Shown here: positions 32,914-36,928 of the stretch, in pieces
Numbering within the stretch: position 1 is the stretch's first letter
Layout: every line of letters begins with the position of its first letter
DNA from: Chiloscyllium plagiosum
Lineage: Eukaryota
Length of the DNA: 36,928 nucleotides
Direction: 5' to 3'
NCBI RefSeq assembly: GCF_004010195.1
Contig: NC_057719.1
Coordinates: 35,981,041 to 36,017,968, forward strand
Translations under genes and position numbers: made by a program
The notes under the pieces: generated by a model
Seen by the model: the letters and a program-made list of their open reading frames with translations, nothing else
Database searches by the model: none
What the model was told of the DNA's origin: nothing

Positions 32914-34560
32914 TCATCCAAGTCTCGATAATGCATTGGCAATTATGTTTTCTCTCCCTGCCATATGCACAATTTTCAAATTGAATGGCTGTAATAATAA
33001 GCTCCATCTAAACAGTCTGGAACTTTTGTCCTTAAATTTCTCCAAAAACCTTAATAGGTTATAATTAGTATATATAATTGTCTTCACTCTTTTGATTAAT
33101 GGCACCTGCTAAAATCCTGTAAGTCCAACTTGGAAATATAAGTTGCTTGTCCCACCTTTTCAATACGGTCATCTAAGCATGGAATCGGATATGAATCAGA
33201 CTCATTTGTGGGCGGTGGAATCGGATATGAATCAGACTCATTTGTGGGCGGCACGGTGGCACAGTGGTTAGCACTGCTGCCTCACAGCGCCAGAGACCAC
33301 AGTCCAAAGATGTGCAGGTCAGGTGAATTGGCCATGCTAAATTGTCCGTAGTGTTAGGTAAGGGGTAAATGTAGGGTTATGGGTGGGTTGCGCTTCGGCG
33401 GGTCGGTGTGGACTTGTTGGGCCGAAGGGCCTGTTTCCACACTGTAAAGTAATCTAATCTAATCTAATTACTGGCAACATAAATATTGAAATGTTGCAAC
33501 ACCAACACCAAGCTTAAAATCTCCTTCTCAATTGTCGAATATTTCTGCTAATGAATGCTCAGTTTCCTGGAAAGATCTTTCCATCTTCTCACCATCTTCC
33601 CGTAAGAGTACAGCACCGACACCCACATCACTCACATCGATAGCCACCTTGAATGGCTTTGTATAATTAGATGTGGCTAACACTGGGGCAGTGGGTTAGC
33701 ACAGTATTCAGACTATCAAATACCATTTGGCAGTCTGCTGTACACTGAAACTTCCTGCTTTTCTTTAGTAATTCAGTGAGTGGAGCAGCTATACTGCCAA
33801 ATTAGGTACAAAATTCCAATAAAACTCAGTCAATCCCTGCAAATGTAGTACTGCTCTTCTTCGATGATAAGGGAAACTCCCCAGTAACCTTAGTTTTTAT
33901 ATTTTGTGGGGCCAGCTGTCCATGTCCAATAACATGGCCCAGGAAGTTAAATTCACTCTTAGCCAGGTTATCATCAAATCTGCCTCCCAAAATTGATTGA
34001 ATAATTCTGATAAATGCTATAAATGTTCCTTCCATGTGTGACTAAAAGTCACCAGGTCATCAATATAAACCACACAACTGGATAATCCAAAAATTATTTC
34101 ATTGGTTAGTCTTTGAAATGTGGCTGACACATTTTTCATACCAAATGGCAAGACTTTAAATAGATACAGTCCATTTGGTGTTACAAAAGCCAAAGTTGTC
34201 TTCACTCTTTTGATTAATGGTACCTGCTAAAATCCTGTAAGTCCAACTTGGAAATATAAGTTGCTTGTCCCGCCTTTTCAATACAGTCATCTAAGCATGG
34301 AATTGGATATGAATCAGATTTTGTGACTGCATTAACTTTGTGATAGTCCACACATAACTATTGGGTACTGTGTGGTTTTGGTACCATTATGGGTGAGCTC
34401 CAGTCACTGCAACTCACCTTGATTATGTTGACTCGGAGCATGCGTTCAATCTCTTTTTGAACCTGTGTCAACTTTAGAGGGCTAAGTCTATATGGATGTT
34501 GCTTAATTGGAACAGCATTTCCTAAATCTACATCATGCATAACTAAGTTAGTACTTCCCA
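32914..34560 (-). pseudogene. Gypsy RT-RNase H remnant
   Basis: PIKQHPYRLSP, AFVTPNGLYLFKVLPFGMKNVSATFQRL, VVYIDDL, FLGHVIG, RLFRWSLLLQPF...AGRENIIANALSR. Confidence 0.9.
33246..33468 (+). mobile_element. HE1-type SINE with internal deletion, inserted in RNase H
   Basis: GGGCGGCACGGTGGCACAGTGG head joined directly to ACAGTCCAAAGATGTGC (B box lost); (TAATC)n tail. Confidence 0.92.
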
Positions 34561-34729
34561 GCTTACTTCAACATATCTCCCCATGTGATAGCAATAGCTC
34601 TTTTAGGTCATTTCGATTTTCCTCTGGAAGGTAACTCAGTAATTTATCCCAATTTTTGACAACTTCCTCGTTGTCCAATTTAATTTGAAGAATGTCCAAT
34701 TCAGAATCCTCTGAACTTGGTTCTTCACT

Positions 34730-36041
34730 CTATGTTGTAACTAGTAATACATTCTCCTTTTGCTTTTCTCCCCTATCAAAATACCTTTTGAGCATATCCA
34801 CATGACATACTCCATGAGATTTCTTTCTGTTTCGAGTCCTTATCAAACAGTTCAATTCACTCAATCTCCTTTTAACTTGGTAAGGTTCACTAAACCTTGC
34901 TTTTAAAGGTTCACCTGTCACTAGAAGTAACACAAACAGCAAAATTGCAAGATTTTGATTTCTTGTTTGCTTCCTGTTTCATTGTATGCTGTGATATTTT
35001 TAAATGCTGTCTAGCCAACTTCCTCCCTCTATTTAATCATTCCCTAAAATTTGACACATAGTTCAAATATGTCGTTTCGGATTTATGATTTATCAATTTC
35101 TCCTTAATCAATTTTAGCAGTCCTCTCACTTCATGCCCAAAAAATGAATTCAAATGGACTGAATTTGGTCAATTCATTTGGTGCATCGCTGATTGCAAAA
35201 ATACAATGGAATTCCCTTATCCCAATCATCTGGATGGCTTTGACTATACGCCCTCAACGTGGTCTTTAAGGTCTGATGCCACCTTTCTAGCACTTCCTGC
35301 AACTCTGGATGGTACGCAGTGAATTTGAATTGCTTTATTCCTAAAAGCTGTCCATTACTTCCTTGAATAATTTAGATATAAAGTTTGACTCTTGATCTAA
35401 TTGTATCTCTGTTGGTAGTTTGTATCTAGTAAACATTTGAGTAACTCTTCTACAATCCTTTTAGCTGTGATACTGCATAATGGAATGGCCTCTCGAAATC
35501 TAGTGGACAGATCCATTATTGTCAACAAATACTGATTTCCACTTTTTGTTTTAGGTAGGGGCCCTACACAATCAATTAAGACTCTTGTAAAATGTTCCTC
35601 AAATGCAGAAATGCGTTTTAAAGGTGTAGGTTTTATTACTGCCTGTGGTTTTCCAATTACCTGACATGTATGAAATGTCTGGCAAAATTCAACTACATCT
35701 TTGTGCAGTCCAGGCCAGTAAAAATGTTTTTGTATTTTAGCTTGAGATTTTCTTACCCCTAAGTGACCTCCTACTAAGCGTTCATGTCCTACTTGGAACA
35801 CTTCCTTTCTATAACCCATTAGTAATATGACTTGATGAATATCTATCCACTTCTCATCTGCCTGAATATATGATGATCTCCATTTCCTCATTAAGACATC
35901 ATTTTTAAGATAGTAGCACTCAGGGATACACTCAGATTGTTTTTCTGTGTATGCTTTTTGATACAACTGCTTAAGTATTTCATCTTTCTGTTGCAATTCA
36001 GTTAAGTTTTCTGAGCTAAAGTAATTTATGTTGTCCTCCAC
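34730..36041 (-). pseudogene. Gypsy integrase remnant
   Basis: Zn-finger region HERLVGGHLGVRKS...CQTFHTCQ; core VLIDCVGPLPKTKSGNQYLLTIMDLSTRF; C-terminal PLKARFSEPYQV. Confidence 0.92.
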
Positions 36042-36384
36042 TTATTCCTGTTTTGTCTCAATTATTCAATCAAATATGATCTCGCATAATTCTACTTCAC
36101 CTTTCTTATCTGTATTCTTTGATTTCTCATCCTGTTTCAGCTGGTGAGTTTGTGACCTTGTTACCACACAGTCAGGAAAAATGCCAGGATGTGTTTCCTT
36201 TAATATCTCAGTTGCCTGATTTTCTACTGGCTTGTCAACCACACTTGGCACTTCTTGTCTCACTGAGAATTCCATGTACTAGCACCTTTTTTTCTGTCAA
36301 TAGTCCTTCTGAGTTACACATCTCCTCATTTCTCAACATCAAAAAGTTCAGAGGAAAAAACACCCGTACCTTGTGCTGGGTAAT

Positions 36385-36520
36385 ATTATTTTTAAACATA
36401 TTTTTATTGAAAAATACATGTTTTAATATTACAACAAATACAAAACAATACAATTCAAAACAAAACAAAGAAAGAATTAAAAAAAAGTCAAAATAAAATC
36501 AACCCGCCATCATGTACAAA
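36385..36520 (-). mobile_element. Probable 3' end of a polyadenylated (L1/Tx1-type) LINE
   Basis: Plus-strand TTTTTATTGAAAAA gives minus-strand AATAAA followed by an A-rich tail and preceded by a TTTG-rich tract. Confidence 0.4.
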
Positions 36521-36521
36521 T

Positions 36522-36928
36522 GTCATAGAGTCAGAGAGATGTACAGCATGGAAACAGACCCTTCGGTCCAACCCGTCCATGCCGACCAGATATCCCAACC
36601 CAATCTAGTCCCACCTGCCAGCGTCCGGCCCGTATCCCTCCAAACCTTTCCTATTCATATACCCATCCAAATGCCTCTTAAATGTTGCAATTGTACCAAC
36701 TTCCACCACATCCCCTGGCAGCTCATTCCATACACGTACCACCCTCTGCGTGAAAAAGTTGCCCCTTAGGTCTCTTTTGTACCTTTCCCCTCTCACCCTA
36801 AACCTATGCCCTCTAGTTCTGGACTCCCCGACCCCAGGGAAAAGACTTGTCTATTTATCCTATCCATGCCCCTCATAATTTTGTAAACCTCTATAAGGTC
36901 ACCCTTCAGCCTCCGACACTCCAGGGAA
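36522..36928 (-). mobile_element. Young CR1/HER1-like LINE 3' end, runs off the window
   Basis: RGERYKRDLRGNFFTQRVVRVWNELPGDVVEVGTIATFKRHLDGYMNRKGLEGYG; CpGs retained. Confidence 0.93.

Larger units (their letters stand above)
32157..36325 (-). mobile_element. Decayed Ty3/Gypsy LTR retrotransposon, Gmr1-like (IN-RT-RH order), 5' part absent from the window
   Basis: Minus-strand order: GIFPDCVVTRS linker, integrase, GPY/F-like motif, RT, RNase H, PPT, LTR; many stops and frameshifts. Confidence 0.92.

Overview
Vertebrate non-genic DNA, inferred from its repeat content to be elasmobranch (shark). I recognise no host protein-coding gene, rRNA, true tRNA or CRISPR array; the recognisable ORFs in the track are decayed retroelement fragments. 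The window holds many CR1-clade (HER1-like) LINE fragments, HE1-type tRNA-derived SINEs, DeuSINE (SacSINE1-like) relics, a Penelope-like element remnant (GIY-YIG end plus pseudo-LTR) and a decayed Gmr1-type Gypsy retrotransposon with integrase upstream of RT. Highlights: (1) a family of 155-245 bp non-coding Penelope-derived fold-back elements with 15-16 bp target-site duplications, a 31-34 nt unpaired tail and minimal hammerhead-ribozyme cores; (2) a hidden degenerate tandem array of about 5-6 units at 8.85-10.68 kb that matches no repeat I know; (3) a perfect 239-bp-arm palindrome at 2682-3162; (4) three to four templated insertions, each copied in direct orientation from a donor 0.3-1.5 kb to the right. 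Family names come from recalled consensus motifs, not database searches.
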